Shown here: piece after piece, positions 18,751-27,013 of the stretch
How positions within the stretch are numbered: the stretch's first letter is position 1
Layout: the number at the start of each line of letters is the position of its first letter
From: Thermoplasmata archaeon
Lineage (GTDB): Archaea > Thermoplasmatota > Thermoplasmata > Lutacidiplasmatales > UBA184
Assembly: GCA_021827405.1 (NCBI GenBank)
Contig: JAKAVY010000006.1
Coordinates: 1-60,165 of the forward strand
DNA: 60,165 nucleotides
Reading direction: 5' to 3'
Position numbers and translations under genes: made by a program
The notes under the pieces: generated by a model
Databases searched by the model: none
Told to the model about the DNA's origin: nothing
The model's input: only the letters and a program-made list of their open reading frames with translations

Positions 18751-19359
18751 CTATCGGGACCCGGGCGGCTGGAGGACGACGCGTTGCGGGTCCTCGTGCC
18801 GGTTAAGGAAGAAGGTGACCAGGGGCTTCTCCGCGGGTCCCTCGAGCACCCGCCCGTCCCGTCCCGCGAACCGGCTGCCGCAGCGGGGGCAGGACCAGCG
18901 GTCCTCCCGGGGCTCGTAGAGCAGCGGCCCGGCGTCCCGGGGGCACAGGGTGCTGGCGCAACGGAGCCGGTCGGTGGCGGTGAGGATCGCCTCCCCCGGG
19001 GAGAGCCCGGGGCCCCGGGAGAAGAGCCCAGGCCCTCGTTGGTCCCCGAGCCAGTGGAAGGGCAGCGGGCCCTCCCTGAGCTGGCGGCGGAACTCGAAGA
19101 GGCTCAGGTAGCGCCCTCCCTGGACCAAGCGCCACTCGGCGTCCAGGAGGGGGCGGGCATCGACACCGGCGGAAGGGGGAACGAAACCGGGGGCCGGGTC
19201 GGGGGACGGGGAGGGAGGGGGTTCCAAGAACTGTCGGACGGGCCGGGGGAGCCCGAGGGCCCCGGCGGCGAGGGCCGCCCCCGCCAGGAGACCGAGGTCC
19301 GGGCGGGTCAGGGGGGCCGGCGCGTCCGTCGGGGCCTTCCGGTCAGGGCGTCCGCTCAT
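18751..19359 (-). CDS. Rieske-fold protein with non-canonical ligands
   Basis: STLCPRD...WSCPRCGSRF..DGRVLEGPAEKPL matches the Rieske fold, but both His ligands are replaced. Confidence 0.65.
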   Translation of the reverse strand: MSGRPDRKAPTDAPAPLTRPDLGLLAGAALAAGALGLPRPVRQFLEPPPSPSPDPAPGFVPPSAGVDARPLLDAEWRLVQGGRYLSLFEFRRQLREGPLPFHWLGDQRGPGLFSRGPGLSPGEAILTATDRLRCASTLCPRDAGPLLYEPREDRWSCPRCGSRFAGRDGRVLEGPAEKPLVTFFLNRHEDPQRVVLQPPGSR

Positions 19360-19385
19360 CGGTCCGTCCGTTACGGTCCCGGGTT

Positions 19386-19589
19386 TCAGCGAAGTTGGGC
19401 CTGGTCCCGGGCCACGCGGGCGTTGTTCTGGGACTGGGCGAGCTCGAGCTCGGACTCAGCCTTCCCCTTCTTGAACTCCCCCACGGCCCGGCCCAGGCTG
19501 TGGGCGAGCTGGGGGATCTTGGCCGAGCCCCAGAACAGAATGGCGAAGACCACGGCAATGATGATCCAGTCGTCGATGCTGTCGAACAT
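19386..19589 (-). CDS. tatA: Twin-arginine translocase TatA
   Basis: ILFWGSAKIPQLAHSLGRAVGEFKKG. Confidence 0.93.
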   Translation of the reverse strand: MFDSIDDWIIIAVVFAILFWGSAKIPQLAHSLGRAVGEFKKGKAESELELAQSQNNARVARDQAQLR

Positions 19590-19624
19590 GGGAGGGGACC
19601 TGCAGGGCCACGGTGACCACGCGC

Positions 19625-19672
19625 CTTATGGCGTTCGTACCGGAGGTACGAGTCAGTACGGACTGTTCGTAC
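19625..19672 (-). promoter_or_regulatory. tatA-operon promoter with four GTTCGTAC-type half-sites
   Basis: GTTCGTAC 19633-40, GTACGAG 19646-52, GTACGGAC 19656-63 and GTTCGTAC 19665-72, adjacent to a CATAAG box (minus, 19630-25). Confidence 0.55.
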
Positions 19673-19692
19673 TCGCCGAGGGCAAGTCCGGC

Positions 19693-20733
19693 TCAGGGAC
19701 CCGGGGGTGTGCGGGACTCCCGGGGGTCTCCCGTGACCGCACGGTCCATGGCCACCTCCACCAACCCCTCGAGGTTCTTGGCCCCTTGGCGGAGGGCCGT
19801 GTTGAAGGAGAGCGGGGTACGCCCCGAGACCCTCCGGGACCGCTCGGGACGGGCGGACTCGAGCTTCCGCTGCAGGGTATGGACCTGGTCCCGGGCCGCA
19901 CAAGCGCGGGTGAGGGACGGGTGGACCAGGGCGTCCACCACCGTCTCCAACCCGGCCTGGTAGGCCTGGAGGATCTCCGCCCGGGCCGGGTTGGGGGTCC
20001 CCCGCCCCCGGGAGAGCGTGGGGAGGAGGTCCACCAGGATCCGTCCGCTCTCCCCCAGGGACTGGACCACCACGCGCCAGGAGAGGAGGTGACGGGGATC
20101 GGGGCTCCCGATCTCCCGGGCCAGGGACCAGTCCCGGCTCGCCAGCTGGAGCTGCCGGACGAGGAGGGCGTGGACCTTCCCGAGCTCCTCGGAGAGCGCC
20201 GGGGCGCGCTTGGAGCGAGAGGGGCCCTCCCGTCGGACCAGCCCCTCGGCCTCCTCCACCAGCGCGCTCAGGATCATCCGCATCCGCTGGATCATCTGGG
20301 GGAGGGAGTACTTCGACGGGTCGAGGAAGCTCTGGACCACCAGGCGGTTCGGTTCGTGGGCCACCACGCTGACGCCGAGGAGGCGGCGGGCCGCGGCCTG
20401 TACCTCCTCCACCGCCTCCAGGGTCAGGGGGACATCGGAGAGGATCTCGATGGAGTCATGGCCGGCCCGGTAGGCGCCGGCCACCAGGAACTCCAGCTCC
20501 CCGGGAGAGGCGAAGAGGGTGGCCTCCACCTGGAAGGGCGCGAGCGACCTTCCCCCGGACTTTCCCTGGGCCGGCCGGAGGTAGAGCGTACCGTCATCGT
20601 TCTGGTCGAAGACCACCATGTCCCCCGGGCGAAGGTGGAGGGCCTGGGCCCAAGGTTTCGGGAGGGTCACCGCGATGGAGGAATGCCCGGCCTTGAGGAC
20701 CCGGCGTTCCCTCGACGGTCCCCCCCACGGCAT
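19693..20733 (-). CDS. AbrB-domain / PhoU-domain transcriptional regulator (archaeal phosphate-uptake regulator family)
   Basis: N-terminal RRVLKAGHSSIAVTLPKPWA..LRPGD (AbrB), GAYRAGHDSIEI, followed by helical PhoU-like repeats. Confidence 0.85.
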   Translation of the reverse strand: MPWGGPSRERRVLKAGHSSIAVTLPKPWAQALHLRPGDMVVFDQNDDGTLYLRPAQGKSGGRSLAPFQVEATLFASPGELEFLVAGAYRAGHDSIEILSDVPLTLEAVEEVQAAARRLLGVSVVAHEPNRLVVQSFLDPSKYSLPQMIQRMRMILSALVEEAEGLVRREGPSRSKRAPALSEELGKVHALLVRQLQLASRDWSLAREIGSPDPRHLLSWRVVVQSLGESGRILVDLLPTLSRGRGTPNPARAEILQAYQAGLETVVDALVHPSLTRACAARDQVHTLQRKLESARPERSRRVSGRTPLSFNTALRQGAKNLEGLVEVAMDRAVTGDPRESRTPPGP

Positions 20734-20888
20734 GGTCTCCCCCGCGGAAGATGTCTCCCGCGCTGGGCGCTGACCCGGGCGGGGTATTAAAGGCCCTTGC
20801 GTGACGGGACCCGGGGGTCTTTCCCGGATCTACTGACGGTGCGGGGTCATCTGCGGGCGCGGGCAGAGCCGGGGTCCTTCCGAAACGA

Positions 20889-20906
20889 GTTCGTATACGT
20901 ACGAAC
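20889..20906. promoter_or_regulatory. Palindrome GTTCGTA-N4-TACGAAC upstream of the regulator gene
   Basis: Perfect 7-bp inverted repeat in intergenic DNA, plus a further half-site GTTCGCAT at 20908-15. Confidence 0.55.
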
Positions 20907-20930
20907 CGTTCGCATGAGCGCCCGGGAGGG

Positions 20931-21668
20931 TCACGGGCTCCCCGGCTTCGCCGGGGGCTCCTCCTCGTCGTCCGGCGGCTCCTCCCGGGCCTCGGCGAGG
21001 TCCAGGGGATACGGGCGGGAGTCGTTGTAGTACTCCACCCGGCTCGTCAGGGGGGTGCCCTCCCGGGGGACCACCCCCTCCTCGGGGCTCCCTCGCTTCC
21101 CGTAGACCACGCCTAAGACGAGCGCCAGGAAGGCCAGGACGACCACGGCGATCACCACGTACCAGAACGCGGCGAAGGACGGGGCCGCTGCCGGGGCGAT
21201 GCTCTCGTCCACGTAGACCAAGCCCTGCATCCCGAGGGGATAATGGGGCCGGCAGATGAACTGGTAGGCGCCCGGCGCTCCGAACGTGACGTTCACGTAG
21301 ACCACCTGGGAGGCGTTCACCGTCCGGTCCGCGTACACGTCCCCGGGGACAAAGAAGCTCGGCCAGTTCGAATCGGTCGCCGGAGGGGCGGTCTTGTTCA
21401 CCTGGTTGGACAGGGTGAACGTGTGGGCCAGGTCGCCTCCCACATTCGAGATGATGAACTCCACCGCCTTCGTCGTCACCTGGACGTCGTCCGGGACGAA
21501 GGTGAAGGAGTTCGTCGTGGTGATGTTCACCACCGTCACCCCGTTGTGGGCGGCCGGGTGCACCAAGGTCCCGTTGGGACCCGTGGGGCCCGTCTGCGCC
21601 GCCCAGCCCAGCGCCGAGAGGGCCACCGCCACCGCGAAGAGCACTGCTGCCCAGCGTAATGCACCCAT
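20931..21668 (-). CDS. Membrane-anchored blue (type-1) copper protein, cupredoxin family
   Basis: Signal peptide, AHTFT, YQFICRPHYPLGMQG (Cys-His-Met), C-terminal TM anchor. Confidence 0.88.
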   Translation of the reverse strand: MGALRWAAVLFAVAVALSALGWAAQTGPTGPNGTLVHPAAHNGVTVVNITTTNSFTFVPDDVQVTTKAVEFIISNVGGDLAHTFTLSNQVNKTAPPATDSNWPSFFVPGDVYADRTVNASQVVYVNVTFGAPGAYQFICRPHYPLGMQGLVYVDESIAPAAAPSFAAFWYVVIAVVVLAFLALVLGVVYGKRGSPEEGVVPREGTPLTSRVEYYNDSRPYPLDLAEAREEPPDDEEEPPAKPGSP

Positions 21669-21712
21669 CGATTCCGCGCTCCCGGGGACTTCGGACCGGC
21701 TATCGCGCCTTG

Positions 21713-21791
21713 CTTAAGGCCGTTGCGTATGAACCGGCCGAAGGGAGGACCGCCCCGCTCCCCCGGTCGCAGTTCGTACGCCGGGATTAAG
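21713..21791. promoter_or_regulatory. Divergent promoters (cupredoxin / CoxII), each with GTTCRTAC upstream of a TTAAG box
   Basis: Minus: GTTCATAC (21734-27)-N8-CTTAAG (21718-13). Plus: GTTCGTAC (21772-79)-N6-ATTAAG (21786-91). Confidence 0.55.
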
Positions 21792-21831
21792 AACCTCCGC
21801 CGGGTTCCCACCGGCCGATGGAGGTCATCGC

Positions 21832-22059
21832 TTGCCTCTGACCGGGGAAGGCGTAGCGGCCTGGCTCCTCCCGGCCCTCCAGACCCCGTTCCAACTGACC
21901 TACTGGCTCCTCCTCACCATCTTCTTCATGGCGCTCGCCGTGGGTCTGGTCTTCGTGGGGCTCCTGGTCTACGGGCTCATCCACTTCCATGGTCGGGAGG
22001 TCCCCGCCCACCTGAAGAACGTCGCCCGGCCCCCTCGGTCCCCCCCTTCGCACCCATGA
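21832..22059 (+). CDS. CoxII N-terminal TM1-like small protein (first part of apparently split subunit II)
   Basis: GGAGGT SD then TTG; TIFFMALAVGLVFVGLLVYGLIHFH resembles CoxII helix 1; stop overlaps the next start (ATGA). Confidence 0.65.
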   Translation: MPLTGEGVAAWLLPALQTPFQLTYWLLLTIFFMALAVGLVFVGLLVYGLIHFHGREVPAHLKNVARPPRSPPSHP

Positions 22060-22613
22060 CCGCTCCCGCTCCCTCCCGGCCCCCGCTCACCCCCCGCGAA
22101 CGGGCCCGCCGGAACAAGCGGATCGAGTGGATCTGGACCCTCATCCCGATCGTCCTGGTCATGATCGTGGCGGGGATCTCCACCCCGCTGTTGTTCAACC
22201 TCGATACCGGTCCCGCCGGGTTCGGCTCCAACCCGAACATGAACGTCGACGTGACGGGCTACCAGTGGTTCTGGGAGTTCCACTACACCGACCCCTTCGG
22301 CAAGGAACTGACCAACGGGACCGGGCAGGTCTTCTCCAACGGCACCCTCTGGGTCCCCCAGAACGCCATCGTCTGGATCAACGTCACCTCCGGCGATGTG
22401 GTCCACTCCTTCAACATCCCCCAGCTCGGGGTGCGCATCGACGCGATCCCCGGGCGGATCAACCATTACTGGTTCTCGATCCCCGCCGGTACCGCCGTGG
22501 GCACGCAGTTCCTCGCCCAATGCACGGAATTCTGTGGGGCCGGCCATTACGACATGCGGGCGGAGATCGTGGTCACCCCGGCCTCTCCCCTCCTGCATCC
22601 GATGTCGATCTGA
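22056..22613 (+). CDS. coxB: Heme-copper oxidase subunit II (TM2 + CuA domain)
   Basis: IEWIWTLIP, GYQWFWEF, DVVHSF, DAIPG, CTEFCGAGHYDM (complete CuA ligand set). Confidence 0.93.
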   Translation: MTAPAPSRPPLTPRERARRNKRIEWIWTLIPIVLVMIVAGISTPLLFNLDTGPAGFGSNPNMNVDVTGYQWFWEFHYTDPFGKELTNGTGQVFSNGTLWVPQNAIVWINVTSGDVVHSFNIPQLGVRIDAIPGRINHYWFSIPAGTAVGTQFLAQCTEFCGAGHYDMRAEIVVTPASPLLHPMSI

Positions 22614-22703
22614 CCCGTAGCGGGGGCTCCCGGGGAAGGACCAGAAGCCGCCCTCCGGCCCCTGTCTTTGGCGTTCCCCGTGCCCTAACGCTCGCGATCC
22701 CGA

Positions 22704-23828
22704 TCAGGGGGAGGCGGGGGCCGCTACCGGATCCGCCCCGGGCGAGAGCACCTGGGCGGTCGCCCGGGCGATCTCCAGGTCCTCCCGGGCCCGAAGGACG
22801 AAGGCCCGGACCGGGGCGGACGCCGACCCGACCTCCCGGTCCGGCTCCCCGGAACGGTTCTTCGCCGGGTCGAGCGCGAGGCCCAGGAAACCCAGCCCCT
22901 CCAGCGCCCGGGACCGGATGACCTCCGAGTTCTCCCCCACCCCTCCCGTGAAGGCGATCGCGTCCAGGCCCCCGAGCGCCGCGGCCATGCTGGCGATGCC
23001 GGCGCGCAGCCGGTGGAGGTAGACCCCCACCGCGAGCCCGGCGTCCGCGTCGCCCCGCGCCTCGGCCTCCAGCACCTCCCTGAGGTCGGCGGAGCCGGCC
23101 AGGCCCGCGAGCCCCGAGCGATGCTCGAGGGTCGCCGCCAGTTCGGAGGGGGGCATCCCGGTGTGCTCCTCGAGCCAGAGCACCAGACCGGGGTCGACGC
23201 TCCCGGATCGGGTGCCCATCACCAGCCCCTCCAGGGGGGTGAAGCCCATGGTGGTGTCCACCGAGGTCCCCCGGTCCACCGCGGCGAGGGAGGCCCCGGA
23301 GCCCAGGTGGCAGGTCACGAGACGGAGCGTGGCGAGGTCCCTCCCGAGGAGCTCTCCGACCCGCCGGGAGGCGTAGGCATGGGAGAGGCCGTGGAAGCCG
23401 AAGCGCCGGAGCCCCCAGCGTTGCCGCCACTCCCGGGGGAGGGCGTAGGTGGAGGCGGCCGGCGGCAGATGGGCGTGGAAGGAGGTGTCGAATACCGCCA
23501 CCGCGGGGACCCCCGGGAGGAGGCGTGTGACCAGGTCCAGGGCGTTCAGGGACTTGGGCTGGTGCAACGGGGCGAGATCGGTGAGGGCCCCCAGGCGCTG
23601 CCGGACGGCCTCGTTCAGGCGGACCGGTCCCAGGAACTCCGTCCCCCCGTGGACGATCCGGTGGCCCACGGCGTCCACGGGCCCGTGGTCCGAGAGGAAC
23701 TGCCGGACGGCCCCCTCCTCGGTCCGCCCCCCGGGGGTAGGGAGGGTCTGGTCGGCCCCTAGTTGCCCGTCCTTTAGGACGGAGAGCTTGAGGCTGCTGG
23801 AACCAGCGTTGACCGTGAGGATCCGCAT
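22704..23828 (-). CDS. ackA: Acetate/propionate kinase
   Basis: NAGSSSLK, GHRIVHGG, APLH, FDTSFH, GFHGLSH, HLGSGAS, FTGGVGEN. Confidence 0.95.
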   Translation of the reverse strand: MRILTVNAGSSSLKLSVLKDGQLGADQTLPTPGGRTEEGAVRQFLSDHGPVDAVGHRIVHGGTEFLGPVRLNEAVRQRLGALTDLAPLHQPKSLNALDLVTRLLPGVPAVAVFDTSFHAHLPPAASTYALPREWRQRWGLRRFGFHGLSHAYASRRVGELLGRDLATLRLVTCHLGSGASLAAVDRGTSVDTTMGFTPLEGLVMGTRSGSVDPGLVLWLEEHTGMPPSELAATLEHRSGLAGLAGSADLREVLEAEARGDADAGLAVGVYLHRLRAGIASMAAALGGLDAIAFTGGVGENSEVIRSRALEGLGFLGLALDPAKNRSGEPDREVGSASAPVRAFVLRAREDLEIARATAQVLSPGADPVAAPASP

Positions 23829-23840
23829 GGGTCCGACCGC

Positions 23841-26213
23841 TCAGTACGGCCAGGACCAGCCCCGGATCTCGGGCGGGTCCTCCCCGTGGGCGCGGGTGTA
23901 CGCCCGGCAGCGTACCCGCGCGTCCTCCATGTCCTGGCGCAGCCGGGCCGCGTGGGAGGCCAGGCCGGGCACCCGGTCGATCACGTCCATCACCAGGTGG
24001 AAGCGGTCCAGGTCGTTCAGCATGACCATGTCGAAGGGGGTGGTGGTGGTCCCCTCCTCGTTGTACCCCCGGACATGGAAGTTCGCGTGGTTGTTCCGTC
24101 GGTAGGTGAGGCGGTGGATGAGGGCGGGGTACCCGTGATAGGCGAAGAGCACCGGGCGGTCCCGGGTGAACAGGGAGTCGAACTCGGCATCCGAGAGCCC
24201 GTGGGGGTGCACCGAGGCCGGCTCCAGCCGCATCAGGTCCACCACGTTCACCACCCGGATCTTCAGGGTCGGGAGCTTCTGCCTGAGGAGGTCCACCGCC
24301 GCCAGGGTCTCCAGGGTGGGGATGTCCCCGCAGCAGGCCATCACCACGTCCGGGTCCCCTGCGTCGTTGGAGGCCCACTCCCAGATACCGAGACCCCGGG
24401 TGCAATGGAGCACGGCCTGGTCCATGGGCAGGTAGTTCAGCGAGGGCTGCTTCCCCGCGACGATCACGTTCACGTAGTTGCGGCTCCGCAGGCAGTGGTG
24501 GGCCACCGAGAGCAGGCAGTTGGCGTCCGGGGGGAGGTACACCCGGATCACCTCGGCCTTCTTGTTCACCACATGGTCGATGAACCCGGGGTCCTGGTGG
24601 GAGAAGCCGTTGTGGTCCTGCCGCCACACGTGGGAGGAGAGCAGGTAGTTCAGGGAGGCGATGGGCCGGCGCCAGGGGATCTCCCGGGTGGTCTTCAGCC
24701 ACTTGGCGTGCTGGTTGAACATGGAGTCGACGATGTGGATGAACGCCTCGTAGCAGTTGAACAGCCCGTGGCGCCCGGTCAGCAAGTAGCCCTCCAGCCA
24801 TCCCTGGCACTGGTGCTCGGAGAGCACCTCCATCACCCGGCCCTCCCGGGCCAGGTGGTCGTCGGTGGGAAGCCGCTCCGCCTCCCATTGCCGGTCCGTC
24901 ACCTCGAACACCGCCTCGAGCCGGTTGGAGACGGTCTCGTCGGGTCCGAAGAGGCGGAAGTGCGTGGGGTTCTGCCGGATCACGTCCCGGAGATACCCCC
25001 CCAGGACCCGGGTGGCCTCGGCGAACGTGGTCCCGGGCCGGGGGACCTCCACCCGGTACTCCGTAAAGTCGGGGAGGGAGAGCTCCTGGAGGAGCAGCCC
25101 GCCGTTGGCGTGGGGGTTCGCGCTCATCCGCCGATGGGCCCTGGGAGGCAGGGAGGCCAGTTCCGCCACGAGCGCCCCTTGCCTGTCGAAGAGCTCCTCG
25201 GGCCGGTAGCTCCTCATCCAGGCCTCCAGTTGGGTGAGGTGCTCCGGGTTCGTCCTTACCTCGGGAAGCGGGACCTGGTGGGCCCGCCACGTTCCCTCCA
25301 CCGGGAGGCCATCCACCACCTTCGGTCCGGTCCAGCCCTTGGGGGTCCGTAGCACGATGAGCGGCCAGCGGGGCCGGCCGGTGTCCGACCCGGAACGGGC
25401 GGCCCGCTGGACCCGGAGGATCTCGCCCACCGCCGCGTCCAGCGCCTCCGCCATGGCCCGGTGCATCTCCCCCGGGACCTCCCCGGAGACCCAGGTGACC
25501 GCGTACCCGTACCCCTCCAGGAGGGAGGTGAGCTCCCGGTCGCCGATCCGGGCCAGGACGCTGGGGTTCGCGATCTTGTACCCGTTCAGATGGAGGATGG
25601 GCAGGACCGCCCCGTCCTTGGCGGGGTCGAGGAACTTGTTCGAGTGCCAGCCGGTGGCCAAGGGCCCCGTCTCCGCCTCCCCATCGCCCACGATGCAGCA
25701 GACCAGAAGGTCCGGGTTGTCGAAGGCCGCCCCGTAGGCGTGGGCGAGCGAGTAGCCCAGTTCCCCTCCTTCGTTGATCGATCCCGGGGTCTCCGGGGCC
25801 ACGTGGGAGGGCACCCCGCCCGGGAACGAGAACTGGCGGAAGAGCCGTCGGAGCCCGTCTTCGTTCCGGCCGATGAGCGGGTAGACCTCCGAGTAGGTCC
25901 CCTCCAGGTAGGCGTTGGCCACCGCGGCCGGGCCGCCGTGGCCCGGGCCGATGACCAGGAGCGTGTTGAGGTCCCAGTTCCGGATGACCCGGTTCATGTG
26001 GGCGCAGATGAAGTTGATCCCCGGGGTCGTCCCCCAATGTCCCAGGAGCCGGGGCTTCACGTGCTCGGGCTTGAGGGGTTGGCGGAGCAGCGGGTTGTCC
26101 ATGAGGTAGATCTGCCCCACCGACAGGTAGTTCGCGGCCCTCCAGTACGCGTGGATCCGCGAGACCTCGTCGTCGCTGAGGGGCCGTTGCGCGGACACCG
26201 GCGAGGCGCTCAC
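23841..26213 (-). CDS. xfp: Xylulose-5-P/fructose-6-P phosphoketolase
   Basis: [33 protein letters not shown] (TPP), [35 protein letters not shown]; start taken at GTG 26213. Confidence 0.95.
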   Translation of the reverse strand: MSASPVSAQRPLSDDEVSRIHAYWRAANYLSVGQIYLMDNPLLRQPLKPEHVKPRLLGHWGTTPGINFICAHMNRVIRNWDLNTLLVIGPGHGGPAAVANAYLEGTYSEVYPLIGRNEDGLRRLFRQFSFPGGVPSHVAPETPGSINEGGELGYSLAHAYGAAFDNPDLLVCCIVGDGEAETGPLATGWHSNKFLDPAKDGAVLPILHLNGYKIANPSVLARIGDRELTSLLEGYGYAVTWVSGEVPGEMHRAMAEALDAAVGEILRVQRAARSGSDTGRPRWPLIVLRTPKGWTGPKVVDGLPVEGTWRAHQVPLPEVRTNPEHLTQLEAWMRSYRPEELFDRQGALVAELASLPPRAHRRMSANPHANGGLLLQELSLPDFTEYRVEVPRPGTTFAEATRVLGGYLRDVIRQNPTHFRLFGPDETVSNRLEAVFEVTDRQWEAERLPTDDHLAREGRVMEVLSEHQCQGWLEGYLLTGRHGLFNCYEAFIHIVDSMFNQHAKWLKTTREIPWRRPIASLNYLLSSHVWRQDHNGFSHQDPGFIDHVVNKKAEVIRVYLPPDANCLLSVAHHCLRSRNYVNVIVAGKQPSLNYLPMDQAVLHCTRGLGIWEWASNDAGDPDVVMACCGDIPTLETLAAVDLLRQKLPTLKIRVVNVVDLMRLEPASVHPHGLSDAEFDSLFTRDRPVLFAYHGYPALIHRLTYRRNNHANFHVRGYNEEGTTTTPFDMVMLNDLDRFHLVMDVIDRVPGLASHAARLRQDMEDARVRCRAYTRAHGEDPPEIRGWSWPY

Positions 26214-26453
26214 GGCCCGGTCCCGGCCGGGCCCGGCGGCGGGGCCCCCCGCCTGCTTCGAGGTGGGGCAGAGCCCGGTCGATCCGGCCCCTCCCCGCGG
26301 GGGCCTGGTGAAGGGAAGCCTGGCATCGGCGCAGGGGAGCGGTGTTCGCTTAAAAGTCCGTAGAAGAACGCTCCGGCGCTCGGGCGCGCCCCTCTCCGGG
26401 CTCAAGCCGACCTGAGGATACCTCTTCATAGGGCCGGGATTTTCCTCCTCGAC

Positions 26454-26999
26454 ATGCCGAGGAAGAAGCGGGCCCCCCCGCGAAGGAAACGGTCCCCTTC
26501 CCGGGACCGCCCTGCTGGCACCTCCCCCCGTCGCCGGCCGGTCCCCCGGGCCCCCGTCTCCTCCCACCTCTCCCGGGACCTCTTCGAGACCTTGGAGCTC
26601 CTGGGGGATGCCTTCGAAGAGGCGGTGGAACACGTCCTGAGCCGGCCGGCGGCTCCCGCGCTCCGCGCCGGACCCCGTCTCCCCCTTCCGCTCTCCCGCC
26701 TTCTCTCCGGATACGTCGGATGGCAGATCGAGCTGAGGGGAGAACCCAAGGGGGCTCCCTCCCCTCCCTGGGGCGTCCTCTACCTGTTGGCGAGCCCGGC
26801 CCCCGTCGGGAGGCCCGCTCCCCGGACCGGGGAGACCCCGGTGCAAGGGGTGCGTTGGAAGGAGGTCCACGCCCTGGAACTGGCCTCCGCCGGGGCCCGG
26901 CTCCTCCTTCTCGCCTGGCCGAAGGACCCGAGCGACCTCCCGCGCTTCCGGGATCTAGCCGAGGAGGTCCGGGCGGAGTTCCGCCCGGACCAGGACTGA
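26454..26999 (+). CDS. Hypothetical protein
   Basis: 181-aa ORF filling the gap, divergent from xfp; basic N-terminus. Confidence 0.5.
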   Translation: MPRKKRAPPRRKRSPSRDRPAGTSPRRRPVPRAPVSSHLSRDLFETLELLGDAFEEAVEHVLSRPAAPALRAGPRLPLPLSRLLSGYVGWQIELRGEPKGAPSPPWGVLYLLASPAPVGRPAPRTGETPVQGVRWKEVHALELASAGARLLLLAWPKDPSDLPRFRDLAEEVRAEFRPDQD

Positions 27000-27013
27000 G
27001 GCCCTCCCCCGGT

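Noticed and set aside
22573-26037. 1154-aa ORF, and similar giant ORFs (29769..32921, 11810..14614 upstream part, 18784..20790, 12601..14430)
   Set aside because: Pro/Arg/Gly-rich alternate-frame or antisense shadows of real genes, expected in very GC-rich DNA. Only the last 182 aa of 11810..14614 (ctaA) is real.
26214-26870. N-terminal 219-aa extension of phosphoketolase in the ORF track
   Set aside because: Low-complexity and overlaps a divergent ORF and a TATA-like box at ~26350; family similarity starts near GTG 26213
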